Source: Sarea resinae (taxonomy: Eukaryota). Taken from it: 50,075 nucleotides of DNA. Positions within the stretch are counted from its first letter, which is position 1; each line of letters opens with the position of its first letter. The notes beneath the pieces were generated by a model. The model made no database searches. It had not been told where the DNA came from and was given only the letters and a program-made list of their open reading frames with translations. A program made the translations under genes and the position numbers. This document shows positions 39,170 through 50,075 of the stretch, in pieces. Location of the stretch: NCBI GenBank assembly GCA_026026165.1, contig JAPEUD010000113.1, forward strand, positions 1 through 50,075, written 5' to 3'.

Positions 39170-42100
39170 ATGTCTTACTCTCCAGTGACTCCTGCCAAGG
39201 GAGCTGGTGATCCAAGTCAAGGCATGATGGGGCTCGCCTCAGACAAGCTAAGTTCAGCCAGCAAAGGCAATGAACAAGCTGCTCTGCATCAGTCTTCTCC
39301 GGCCAGTACGCATGTAGAGACCACGCCCGGCAACAGTGTGCCAGCAACTCCTCTTGGAGGTAAAGATCACGGTAAGTGATTCATTCTCCATAGTCACATC
39401 TTTCTTCACATGTATCCTTCTTGAACCTTCCCTCAAGTCCCGAGTAATGAAGCAGCTTCTTCATGTCTTTCTTTATGGGTAGCAGACTGTATGTCTTCCC
39501 TTGGAGACGTTCTCCTTCATCTCTTCCCTTCATGCAATTCTTTACACCCAGGTCTTGATTACACTGTCATATGTATTTTAAAGTCTTGAAGTTTCTTGAC
39601 AGGAGATGGAAATTGCTGCACACTTTCTTACTCCCCCACGCTTCTTGCTTGGCTTGCCCACTTGTATCCCATCATTCAGTCTTTCTACCTTGTCTCGCCA
39701 CTTGGAGATCGTCGTGTGTTACTTTGGTCTCTCGTACCTTGGTTTGAAGGAGGCATAGCCCACTAACTCGTTGTCGAAAGACTCCATGTCAGGCATCATT
39801 CGTTCGACAAGTTCGTTACATCTTACTCCTTTGAGGGATGGTGTCATGGTCGGACAAGAGTCTCCAGATGTAAAGGTGCAGTCCATTGCTCCATTGTATG
39901 TGCTGGATCAGGATACTGTTGGCGGACATCCCGGGCAGTTGTACAAGCAAGCAGAGGTCGCCCGCGGTAAGCCGACTCATCAGGAGCATACCGTGTCCGA
40001 TGTCTCCAATACTGGGGCCATGGGTAACTTCATGCATCAACCTGCATCCGGACCGCTCTCTCCCGGGGAGCAGGATGTAAAGGAGCTCATCTGTGGAGCT
40101 GCACCTCAGCGTGAGCGTGGCGCACCAGGTTTCGTTGTCCATGGTAAGGATAGCGGAGCGGATGACCCTTTCTTGTCCCCGAGCCGTCGTCAGCATGGTT
40201 CTGCACCAGATGCTGAGCTGGGAACTCCCCAGCGCAAGAGCATGGCTCTCATTGCCACCCCTGGTAGCCGTTCACAAGGCACGCCGAGTCGTCTTCGTCA
40301 AAAATTCATTGGCACCCCGAGACATGGTCAAGTTGCCTCCCCCGGCATTGTTGTTCGCCGTACTCCAGACAAGAACGGCAATCAGTCTGTGTTTTCTCCG
40401 CGTGAGAATCGCATCATCGGTCCGATCTCTGCAGACAATGCCCAGGCAGTGCTGCCACCTGACGCCTGCGTTTTCGTAGCCAAGTAGGTCCTTCTTGACG
40501 AAAGAGATATTCATTGACTGACGTGAGATAGTTTGTCATCTTCTCGTACCGACGATGAATTGCAGGAGTCGGTCACGGATGCTTTCAAAGGGTTCGGCTC
40601 CGTCTATGTCAAGATTCGCCGTGATGCCCGTATGATGCCGTACGCATTCTGTCAATATGAGGTGAGTATCTGTCACATGTGGAGCGTTCTCAGCAGCTAA
40701 GCGATACTCAATAATCATAGAACGTTAAGGATGCTGAAGCCGCAATTCAGCTTGGTAAGAATGCCCTTATTGATGGCCGTAGGTGCCGTACCGAGCAGGC
40801 TAGAGTGAACCGTAAGTAGACTATTGAGAGATCCGACGCAGGGGATGTGATGAGGGCTAATGCTGTCGGTACTGTAGGCTCTCTGTACATGTCTCGAGTG
40901 ACAGGTGGTCCTATTTCCCAACAAGAGGCTCAGCGGGCTCTCCAGGAGTTTGGTCCCATCGAGAAGACATGGGAGTCTTCTTTGACCGAGAAGGAAATCT
41001 ACCAGCTCCCTGAGGGCATTTGGGTAAAGTTCGCATACTTTCAGGATTGTCGTGATGCTCAATCGGTATGTTCCTAACTTTCTAACAAGATGAGCAAAGG
41101 GACTGACATTGTCGTAGTTCTTCAGAGAGAACACCGAGTTTCGCCTCGATCAACCGCCTCCACCTCCGGATGCTCCCATGAAGACGAATCGTCAAGCGAT
41201 CACATTCACAAGCCCGGCTAGCTCCTCTGTTGGGCCAAGCCCTAACCGCACTGTTTTCTGGGATCGCCAAACGCCTTGGAAGAAGATCGAGGAGCGTTGT
41301 TCAGTCTTCGTCGGAGGCCTTAATACCAATGTGACTCAAGAGCAACTCATGAGCTTCTTTGGCAAGTTTGGGCATGTTGTTACAGCTCAATTGATCTCAA
41401 AGCCGTCATTGCACTGTGAGTAAATGTGGTCGGATTAGATCAATTCCTTGATGGCCAGTTGCTAATCCTTGGTGAAGGCAATGGCGTCAATGTGTTTGGC
41501 TTCGTTGAATTTGCAAATGAGGATGGAGCGACGTCAGCCATTGAGAGCCATGTAAGCATTGTCTTTGCTGTAGAAGATAACATTCCAGCTAATCGAATGG
41601 TCCAGGACAAGCATATGATGGATGGTGTCCGCATTCGCGTCGAGCGCAAGCAGTCAATGGACCCTTATTCCCGTCAGATGGTACCACGCACTCCCAGAGC
41701 TGGAGGATATTTGACCGGAGGAAGCCCGATAAGTCGCCGACCCGGCCGTGAGGATTCCTTCACCGGCTACGATCGCCGTGCAGTACAGGAAAAGTCATTC
41801 GACCAGCCTCTTGTGTATAACAATCCTCAAGTCGCACGCCCTGCTGATGGCCTGGATCGACGTCCTTCTGCTGGTGATAGCCGCCAGGCGCTTTCAATGT
41901 CTAACGCAGTTTATCAGATGCCGTATGCGTATTATCCTTCGCAATATCCTCCGGTGAACGGGACACCTCCATACGCCAATTATGGTCATGGTATCGGAGA
42001 CGAGGATTCAGTGCCTGGCTTGTCTCCGAGCGGGCCAACCCTGGCACAGGGCGGATACTCGCACGCTGGATACTATCCTCAGGGACGTGAGCAGATGCAG

Positions 42101-42391
42101 TCCTCGCCCTCAGGTGCGCTGCAAACCCAATTGACTGGCGGAGCTGGCATGCACCAAGCAATGCAAACACAGTACTTGGGTCAGCAGGCTCTTGGACCAA
42201 TTCCCTACTCTCAGAGCCAAATGGCTTATGCTCAGTACCCGGGAGCTTATTACCAATATCCGCCTCAGTCAACGGGCACTATGCCACCAATGTACCATTA
42301 CATGTATCCCCAGAACGAGGAGCACTCCCACATGGCGGTTCATTCAGCCCCACCCTCGGTCAATCCGGCAGACTCTACTGAGTCGCGTTAG
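39170..42391 (+). CDS. RIM4: Three-RRM RNA-binding protein, Rim4/Msa1-like meiotic regulator, about 8 coding exons plus a 5'UTR intron 39060-39133
   Basis: RRM1 ACVFVANLSSSRTDDEL..KIRRD..PYAFCQY..IDGRRCRTEQARVNRSLY matches the recalled Rim4 pattern; RRM3 SVFVGGL..FGFVEF; Q/Y/P/G-rich tail. Confidence 0.78.
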
Positions 42392-44639
42392 GAGCCGTGG
42401 AATCTTTTCAATGCTCTGCATGCCGAAGACTATGTGGGTGAACTGCGAGTAGTGGGTCCTCCCATGTATTCTTCACTGTTCGACGAACCGTCCTGTCTCT
42501 TTTCATATTCAATCTGTCCACAAGCATTCGTGTCCCCAAGACGATTTCTTTTCATGATTGTTTGTCTATTCGTCTTTTAATACTGTTTGTATACTGAAGA
42601 TCGTGTACATGTTGGATCTCGTTCGTCGTTAGGTAGCTTTGCTGCTTAAGGATGGGCGCTGATCAGACAAACGGCAAGCTAAGCATGTATGCCAGTGATC
42701 GGAGGTGTTGCTCGCTAGCCACTGTGGACCAATGCTTGCTAAAGTATCGGCAAGCGGTCTTACAGTCGGCATTCTTGCTCTGGCTCACGTGTACTTTTTC
42801 CTGTCCTTTTCGTTCTTAGATCCGACTCCCTCCGCCATGATCGTCAATACCTGTACAGATCTACTTCACCTTTGGCTTTGTCGACGTTTATCGTTGGCTT
42901 AGCGCTCGACGGGTGTAGAGAACTTATTCAGTCCTGTACTGGTTTGCCAAGGGTAGTTTGATAGTGTCTACCCTTCTCGAGGTCTCAAAGTCTTGTAGGA
43001 CACATGTCCAATGGCTTGTACTTGCTATTCTTTTTCAAACAGCGTCGATTTCGGGAGTGAACATTGATGGACTTCCCTGGGTTTCTTCGAGTGCCTTAAG
43101 TGCTCGACGCGAAAGGAGGGTCACCAGCAAAGAAACCTAGCACATTGCGGGAAGCAGGTGGCGGAAAATTGGCTGGTGGTGGCTTTGGTGTGTAGTTTAG
43201 CTTCGAGCTCTTCACCTGAGCGCAGTCAATCCAACCATTCATGCCAACTTGATACTGGCCGATCTGTGATAGATTGATAGTGACGAAGACCATATGAGAT
43301 GTTCGTCGATAGTGATGCTCGCCCAAGGTGGGATACGACAGTATAATGACCGATAGCTCATCCGATGGATATGCAACGAGAACGGAATAGATTCTTGTAG
43401 GTAAGGTGATTGGGGTGAGGTGATTCTGGACCTCGTCGCAAGTGATAACTTGGCAGTGTCATTATGATTCTTGTCTTCTCGATGATAGGCAACTCGTCAT
43501 CTTGATTGACTTTGGCCTCTATCCGGATCATCATCCTGAGATTTTTCATCATATGGCAATGGAAAGTAAGGTAGGTAGGTGGTATATCTCAGTTGCCCCC
43601 CTCCCTCGCTCGTCTCACCCGTGCCGTGAGAACTCGAGCGGATTAACATTGATGGATGTTTCTTTCTCTTCGCGCGTCTCTTGATACTTTGCTGGCACAT
43701 TGTATTGTGATGTGTTTTGGTCCACTTCGAAGCTAGGAGAGAGGACAATTTGCAGGATATTGATTGGATAGATCACGTGACTGCATATGCAGGGTCCATG
43801 GGGTGACGGCGTGGACGGAGAGATTCTTGAAAGACGGGACGGAGATCTCACTCTCGTTTCACGCGCCTGATGTGGGACGAGTGACGAACGACAATGTGAT
43901 GTGATGGATGGCCAGCGCACCATCAACGCGGACGATTCAGATGATATGCAATAATGTAGGCGGATCTCGAGAAGGTGGAGATGAAGAGATAGGCCTGAAG
44001 AGGGATAACCAAATCTTATCGAGGAATTAATCATGATAGTGTAAGAGAGAGTTCAAGTTGCCAGTACTCTTGACTCTACAGCCTAAATGATCGAGTGTAT
44101 CGATCACGATCTACAGGGTCCTCTAGTCTCCTAGACGTAATAGACTGGGACATATCGTAAGGCAGGTAAATTGGCAAAACCCACCGACACGACATGAAAC
44201 CGAAGCACTCACTTCCCTCCATTCTGTGTCCTCGTCCATCGCGCGCGCGTGCCTTCTCTTGGTATACTTGATATACTTGGCATACTTGATATCCTTGGCT
44301 GAATCGGGAACGAGTCCGTGTGTAGCAATAACAAAGGTTCCCCACGCACACTTTGATAGATATACACACTCGCACACCGCGACTTGGAAATCAACATCAC
44401 CCATTCGGATCCTCTCCACTCTACTCTATTCCACGAGAAGCATACAGCGCTTCTCCGCACCTCTCACCAAGCCCCAAAGACTATCCCCACACACACGCGT
44501 CCCTGAACCTCAAAGCTCAATTGCCGTTCTACAGGACAGATAAAGCTCTCCTCTCCTCCGTCCCGGGAGCCTAGACTACTCCCCACCAAACCATTCCCAC
44601 GACCAGCTCTGCGGCAGCCCAACGCCGTAACGCGTCGCC

Positions 44640-45887
44640 TTGCTGGCTCCCGCCTCCCTCTCGCGCTCCACCTCGACTCCCCTGACCGCATACGGGTCGG
44701 CCCGCAACCACAGCGACGGCCGCGGTAACTACGCCAGCGGTGCGAACAATGGCGGCTTCATATCGCGACTGCGGTCGTTGTCCCCGGCGGGGCCGCCTCC
44801 AGCATATCCGGGAACCAACAGCGCCCTCGACGACAGCCCAGCAACATCGGAAGACCCCGGGACAAACTCAGCTTCGGCCTTGCACCCTCGCGTGGCAGTC
44901 ATCCTGGGCGTGGGGAGAAAATGGCACATTCCACTGCTGATATGTCGGGCGTTGTCGACGGGACCGGCGATATGGTGGGGCTTGAGGTGTACGGCTAGTT
45001 TTGTCAGCGAGCTGTTGTTTGTGGACGAAGTCGGCGGTGCCGCGGGGCCAAGATTCACCACTGGGAATGGGGAGTTTAGTTTCGGTGGGATCGAAGGGGA
45101 TGTGGTCGGAGCAGGAATGGGTCCTCCGGTCAGGGGCGCCGCTGCGTTGGTGAAGTGGGGGATGGAGAGACGATTCAGGGTTACGGAGTTCTTTTTGGCT
45201 GTTCTTTGGGTATGGATGTGTGCTTCAGTTGGAGAAAACAACTAGCTAAGATGCGACCCAACAGTGTTCGGCGTCAGCATATCTTTCTTTTTTCTTCACA
45301 GACTGTCTCATGTCTCGATGGTATTTCCCCCCTCTCAGCTCTTTCCAAGACTGTCCTGAGCCATACTAACAGGACACAAATGCAGGCTTCTATACTACAC
45401 CCCTTCGGCCACGCTGGTCCGTCTCCTCACAATCGATGCCATGAATGCGTATCTCACATCCTGGGTACTGTTCCTGTCGGGCAGCCTCGAGGATCCACAG
45501 CTCATACTCCCGGCATGGGTCTCGATCGCCAGCGTACGTCCCCCCACTATCCATCCATTTCTTCTTCCTCCTGCCATCCTCCCCCCCGGTGCCCCCCAAA
45601 GGTGAACCAAGCAAGACAACTCGCTAACCCCCTATTTCCCCACCGGGACAAAGACACTAACATTGAGCTACCACGTGCTCCAACTAAACGCGAACATCAA
45701 GCGCGAAACCAGCGCCTCCATCTCTGTCTTTAGCATTGCCTCATTTATCTCCATGTGCGCGCTGCTGCTGCAGCTGCACCTGGCGCGCGACGACGAGCCC
45801 GTGGTCCCTGCGTTCGTGTACGCGAGGCTCATGGGCCGCTGGTGCTGGAAGGCTATCGAGGGTGGCGTGAGGTGGTTTGGTGTTTGA
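44640..45887 (+). CDS. EOS1: Eos1-family ER membrane protein; start codon unresolved (no in-frame ATG); 4 exons
   Basis: LHPRVAVILGV..LLICRALSTGP.WWG..TEFFLAVLWCSASAYLSFFFTDCLMSRWLLYYTPSATLVRLL..LPAWVSIA..HVLQ after splicing; stop at 45887. Confidence 0.75.
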
Positions 45888-46628
45888 CTTGGCGATTGAT
45901 TGGGATTGGCTTCTGTCTGGCATCCGTGGATTGGTTGTTACGGCTTCACTTGTCCTTTCTTCTGACGATATCGACTTAATGCGGCGGCGAGAAATAAAGG
46001 GTAGAGCGGGTTGGGTGTTCCCCATCCATGATATCACGTCAGGGTTTCCGATACAACGGCCACACTACCTGCTCGTCTGTCTTCCTTTTCCCCCCAAATG
46101 TTTATCTTCTCTTCTCTTCTCTTCTCTCTACGTTAACAGCAGACTTGCCGCCCTGAAAGCGGTAAAATACAGCATGATGATTTACCCCGGGTAGCTTGTC
46201 GAATTTGAGTGAGTGAATGCATGCAGTGAATAACAGGCGGCGTACTCGATCACAGCGGCATTGCCTGATCAACATGGATGCAGGGCACAAGTACCCTCGT
46301 ACATGCCACGCCGCTTACCTAATCATCCCTCTGTCGCCACATCATAGCCTCCCTCGTTATCTCCGCCAATCAACGTCCGAGAAGGCCTGACGACTCCCTT
46401 CGCCCTCTTTCCCCTCGCGCCCCTCTTGTCTTCTTCGCCTCTCGTCTTCACACTACCCAACCCTACTCACCTCAACTCAACTCAACCCAATCTACTACCC
46501 ACCACCTCGATCCACCACCAACGCTCAAACAGCATCGAATCGACAGCGATCTCATCCTCGCACCCTTTACATCTTCCATCATTTCAGACAAGACACTTAG
46601 CGAGGGTTCATCCGAAAAGCACGAGTTT

Positions 46629-47191
46629 ATGTCAACCGCAAACGTTGAAAGTATCGAAAACCTTAAGACCTTCGGTAGGTGACTGACTGACGAGCGAGAC
46701 TGTCATCTCTGTCTAACTCGGGCCAGATCCCTTCGCCGATGACGATGTTGCTGGCGAGGCTCAGCCCTCTCAGGAGTACATCCACATCCGTGTGCAGCGT
46801 AAGATTCATCTCTCCTCACCTGCGGACCTCAGCGACTGACATCGTTCCAGAGCGCAATGGTCGCAAAAGCTTGACTACGGTCCAAGGCATTCCCGAGAAG
46901 TTTGACCAGAAGCGCATCCTGAAGGTCATCAAGAAGAAGTTTGGTGTGTATTTGTCTGCGCTGGCTACGACGAAGCGTGGAGGCTAACCTGGAGAACAGC
47001 CTGCAATGGCACCATCGTCAGCCATGAAGAAATGGGTGACGTGATTCAGCTGCAAGGCGACCAGCGCACCCTTGTCCAGCAGTTCCTGACCAAGGACCTG
47101 GAACTCGAGGAGGAGACCATCAAGGTGAGCCTTGAACCGAAAGCTTCTCCTTCCCATCACTAACACTGCTTCCTAGGTCCATGGCTTCTAA
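46629..47191 (+). CDS. SUI1: Translation initiation factor eIF1, 5 exons
   Basis: SIENLKTFDPFAD..YIHIRVQQRNGRKSLTTVQG..KKKFACNGTIV..IQLQGDQR..IKVHGF. Confidence 0.96.
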
Positions 47192-48584
47192 GCCCAGTCC
47201 ATGGCCCCGCCCCGCGCTCAACGCGCTCCACCCGTCGTCCAACCACTAAAGGGGGTATTTATTTGTCGTTGTTTGTCAAGTTGCGGCATCTCCGGAGTGA
47301 TCTCGCACTCTCTGACGACGGTGGACATTTGCCTCCTTTCTTTTCGCCGCGGTGTTTCGAGCCATGATGCATGCATTCGCGCTTGGGCAGGAGATCGTGT
47401 CGTCATGGTTTGGTAGAGTAAAGGAAAAGGCCTTTCTTTGCCATTCCACTGGCGGCGGCGGGGGCGTATGGTGTCTTTCTTTCTCCTAGCTAGATGGCGT
47501 GTTTTGTTGCTCGTTCGCACGGATGGGATTACAGGCCCGAGCTGTCCCTCACCTGTTTCTGTCTTCACATGTGGTCATGGGAGGTCGGAGGGCAAGAGGG
47601 AATGGAGCGATGGGATGGGAAGCGATGCTATGGGATAGTAGGGAATGGATGTGTTTACCGTGTTTCATTCATTCATTCAATTCATCATAGACTCTAGCTC
47701 TAGCTCTAGTTTCCTCCTAGCTCGGGATCTCTTCACTCGTGGCTTTGCAATCCACTTTACTCAGTCAACTCGTGTGATGGGTGGATGAATAGATGGATGT
47801 GTCCTTGCTTGCTTGCTTTAGACGTAGTCGCCCAGACAGGGGTTTTTTTAATCGACCCAAGCACATGTCCTCGCTCGCTCGTGCGAAAGAAGCCAGCAAC
47901 TTCAACTTCAGACCGATCGGACTCTTGTCGTTAGTAGAGGGAGGAGGATAGAGCAGACCAGACCAGACCAGACCAGGGTAGGGTAGGGTAAAGGAGCGTA
48001 AAATAGAGCAAGAGTAGGAAGAATAGAATGGCTACAAACTGCATGACTCCAAGTCCAACTCTGACTCTAAATATAACTCTTGACTTGTCTTTTCTTGTCT
48101 CGTCTTGTCTCGACTCGACTTGTCTTGACTGATATTCACTGGACCTTTCTTATGATCCCAACTTAGCTGATCTTCATTTGTTTTTTTTATCTTCTACTCA
48201 TCACTGGAGACTATAAAGACTTTTAAGGCTTGAATAGAAAAGGATTCAGTATTTTCTCGCTTTGACTTGTTGAACCGGCAGAAATACCCAAGGGGACCCT
48301 AGGCAGGACAGGGAAATTTCTTTTCCGGTCGTATAGAATCAGTGGGATAGAGGAGGGGTGTGTGTTGTATTGTATTTTACAGGAGGGGGCGCTATGGGAG
48401 GTGGAGGGGTAGAGGTAGAGGGACAGGGGTCAAGGGGGGGGGGGGAGGGGAAAGGACTTGTTAGGTGGCGTTATTTCAGTCAGCCACAAGGAAGAAAAAA
48501 CCAAAAAGGACGGTTTGGATGTTGATGGTTTCTTGGGCTTCCGCATACCGTACTTTCGGCACCAATTCGTCTCATTTTCTTTGC

Positions 48585-48661
48585 TACCTGCCTACCTACC
48601 TACCTACCTACCTGCCTACCTTCCTCCTCCTCCTCCTCCTCCTCCTCCTCCTCCTCCTCCC
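48585..48661. repeat. Compound microsatellite (CTAC)n + (CCT)n
   Basis: cctacctacc... followed by about 13 CCT units. Confidence 0.9.
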
Positions 48662-48825
48662 CTTCTTTCTCGCGTCTCCAACCCCCAAACCTCGTTCGTC
48701 TCTCCGCGTCTCAGAACTCCACTCCTGGCACCACCACCACCACCGACAGCAGGGTGATACCTAGCTCGGAGGCCACGGGCGATGGACCCTTTCGAGCCTT
48801 GCCTTTGCTTTTACGTGGCTTGACT

Positions 48826-49759
48826 TCACTTCGCCTGCCCCTCTGCGCCCTCAGCACCCTCTGCACCCCTGATCTCGATCCAGCGCTCGACTTCCTTCCG
48901 GAGGCCGTCGCGCTGGCGGCGGGCGTTTTCGATCAGGGTCGCGCATGTGCGACCGAGGGGCTCCGCTGCGACTGTGCTCTCGTTGGCCGACGGAGTGTAG
49001 GCGTCGTAGGCCGCTATCATCGTGTCGAGCACGGTGAGGAGCTGGTTGGGTAACCACTGTGTGTGTGTTTGTTAGTTGGTTGGTTGGTTGGTTGGTGGCG
49101 GGGAGGGGATTGGGTTGGGTTGGATTGGGTTGGATTGGATTGGGGGGGTTAGGGGGTTAAGGAGGTGCTGGGAGGGAAGGGAAAGGAAAGGGAAGGGAAG
49201 GGAAAGGAAAGGGAAGGGAAGGGGATGGGGTGGGGGGAGGAGACGGCGGAGAGGGTGGTAGGAAGGAAAAGAAAACAATCTTACAGTCACGATAGGCGAC
49301 CCGCCCGTGGCGGTGGCGTGCTTGGTCTGCTTGAGGATGAACTCGCGCGTCAGGCACCAGTGCCGGTAGCGGAAATCGCGGATCTGGTTCAGGATGTGGA
49401 TGTAGAGTACTGTTTGTGTTGGGTGCGATGATCATGCAGTGGGTTAGCTTTTCTGGTTTCGTTGGGTTGGGTTGGGTTGGGTTTTGTGGGGTTGCGGGGT
49501 GGGGTGGGGTAGAAGAGGGATGAGATGGGAGGAGAGGAGACGAGAGGATAAGACGGCAGAGAAATCGCTGGCAGAAGACAAAAAAACGTACGGAGTGAGC
49601 TCCTCTCTTTCCGAGCGTACTCGACCAGATGCAGGTCCCGCGAGCGCTGGCTCACGTACTCGAGGAACTGCAGGTGGTTGCCGGGCCGGTAGGAGCGAAA
49701 GTCCTGGAGGATGGCCGTCAGGGGCGTGGGCGGCATCGCGATCTGGAGGAGATTGTCTG
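48826..49759 (-). CDS. Indoleamine 2,3-dioxygenase-family protein, last 3 exons only (49759-49592, 49409-49285, 49056-48826); 5' part outside the window
   Basis: DNLLQIAMPPTPLTAILQDFRSYRPGNH..RDFRYRHWCLTREFILK..ATGGSPIVTWLPNQL (R..H heme-ligand region and TGG motif of IDOs). Confidence 0.8.
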
Positions 49760-49940
49760 CTAGGGGGATCTGCCGGCCCGGGAGGGGGGCGGTGTTAGTA
49801 TTTTTGAGTCTTTGTTCGACGGGGTGTTGTCTTGGGTGGGGAAAGAAAGTACGGAAGGGGATTCAGGAAGGGGGAAGGCTGGAGAGTGAGAAGGATGGAG
49901 GAGTGAGGATGGTGAAGTGGAGAGGATGGTAGAGTGAGAA

Positions 49941-50075
49941 GGATAGTGAATGAAAAGGATAGTGAATGAAAAGGATAGTGAATGAAAAGGATAGTGAATG
50001 AAAAGGATAGTGAATGAAAAGGATAGTGAATGAAAAGGATAGTGAATGAAAAGGATAGTGAATGAAAAGGATAGT
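49941..50075. repeat. Perfect 16-bp minisatellite (GGATAGTGAATGAAAA) x8 plus a partial copy, running off the window end
   Basis: Copies start at 49941, 49957 ... 50053, partial at 50069. Confidence 0.95.

Noticed and set aside
40821..40828. CTATTGAG (motif recalled for Penicillium MAT1-1-1 binding) in a RIM4 intron
   Set aside because: A single 8-mer in 50 kb is expected by chance.
48458..48764. Poly-Pro / poly-Leu ORFs
   Set aside because: Products of (CCT)n and (CTAC)n microsatellites downstream of the IDO gene.
49941..50075. Terminal array as CRISPR or telomere
   Set aside because: No spacers and a eukaryotic context; the unit is not TTAGGG-like and lies inside an intron of a gene that continues beyond the window.

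Overview
Eukaryotic, intron-rich fungal (Pezizomycotina-type ascomycete) genomic DNA containing a MAT1-1 mating-type locus and its neighbourhood. Gene order: TSA1(-), SLU7(+), RPS9(-)/RPL21(+) divergent pair, RIM2(+), SNX3(-), REV3(+), PH/SMP NVJ2-like(+), SLA2(+), APC5(+), COX13(-), APN2(+), a multi-exon accessory MAT gene (MAT1-1-7-like, +), MAT1-1-1 alpha-box (+), ~3.4 kb without a recognisable gene, a RIM4/Msa1-like 3-RRM meiotic RNA-binding gene (+), EOS1-like (+), SUI1/eIF1 (+) and the 3' part of an indoleamine 2,3-dioxygenase-family gene (-). The window ends in a perfect 16-bp tandem array. I saw no MAT1-2 HMG gene. Most notable: (i) the EOS1-like gene has no in-frame AUG ahead of its conserved core, has a strong out-of-frame AUG inside it, and lies next to eIF1, whose own AUG is in poor context; (ii) SLA2, APC5, COX13 and APN2 all lie on one side of MAT, with RIM4 and SUI1 on the other; (iii) the MAT1-1-1 promoter has TGAATC four times at exact 16-bp spacing plus inverted TR-box-like sites. 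Exon boundaries were read by eye from GT..AG and branch signals, and gene names come from recalled motifs, not database searches.
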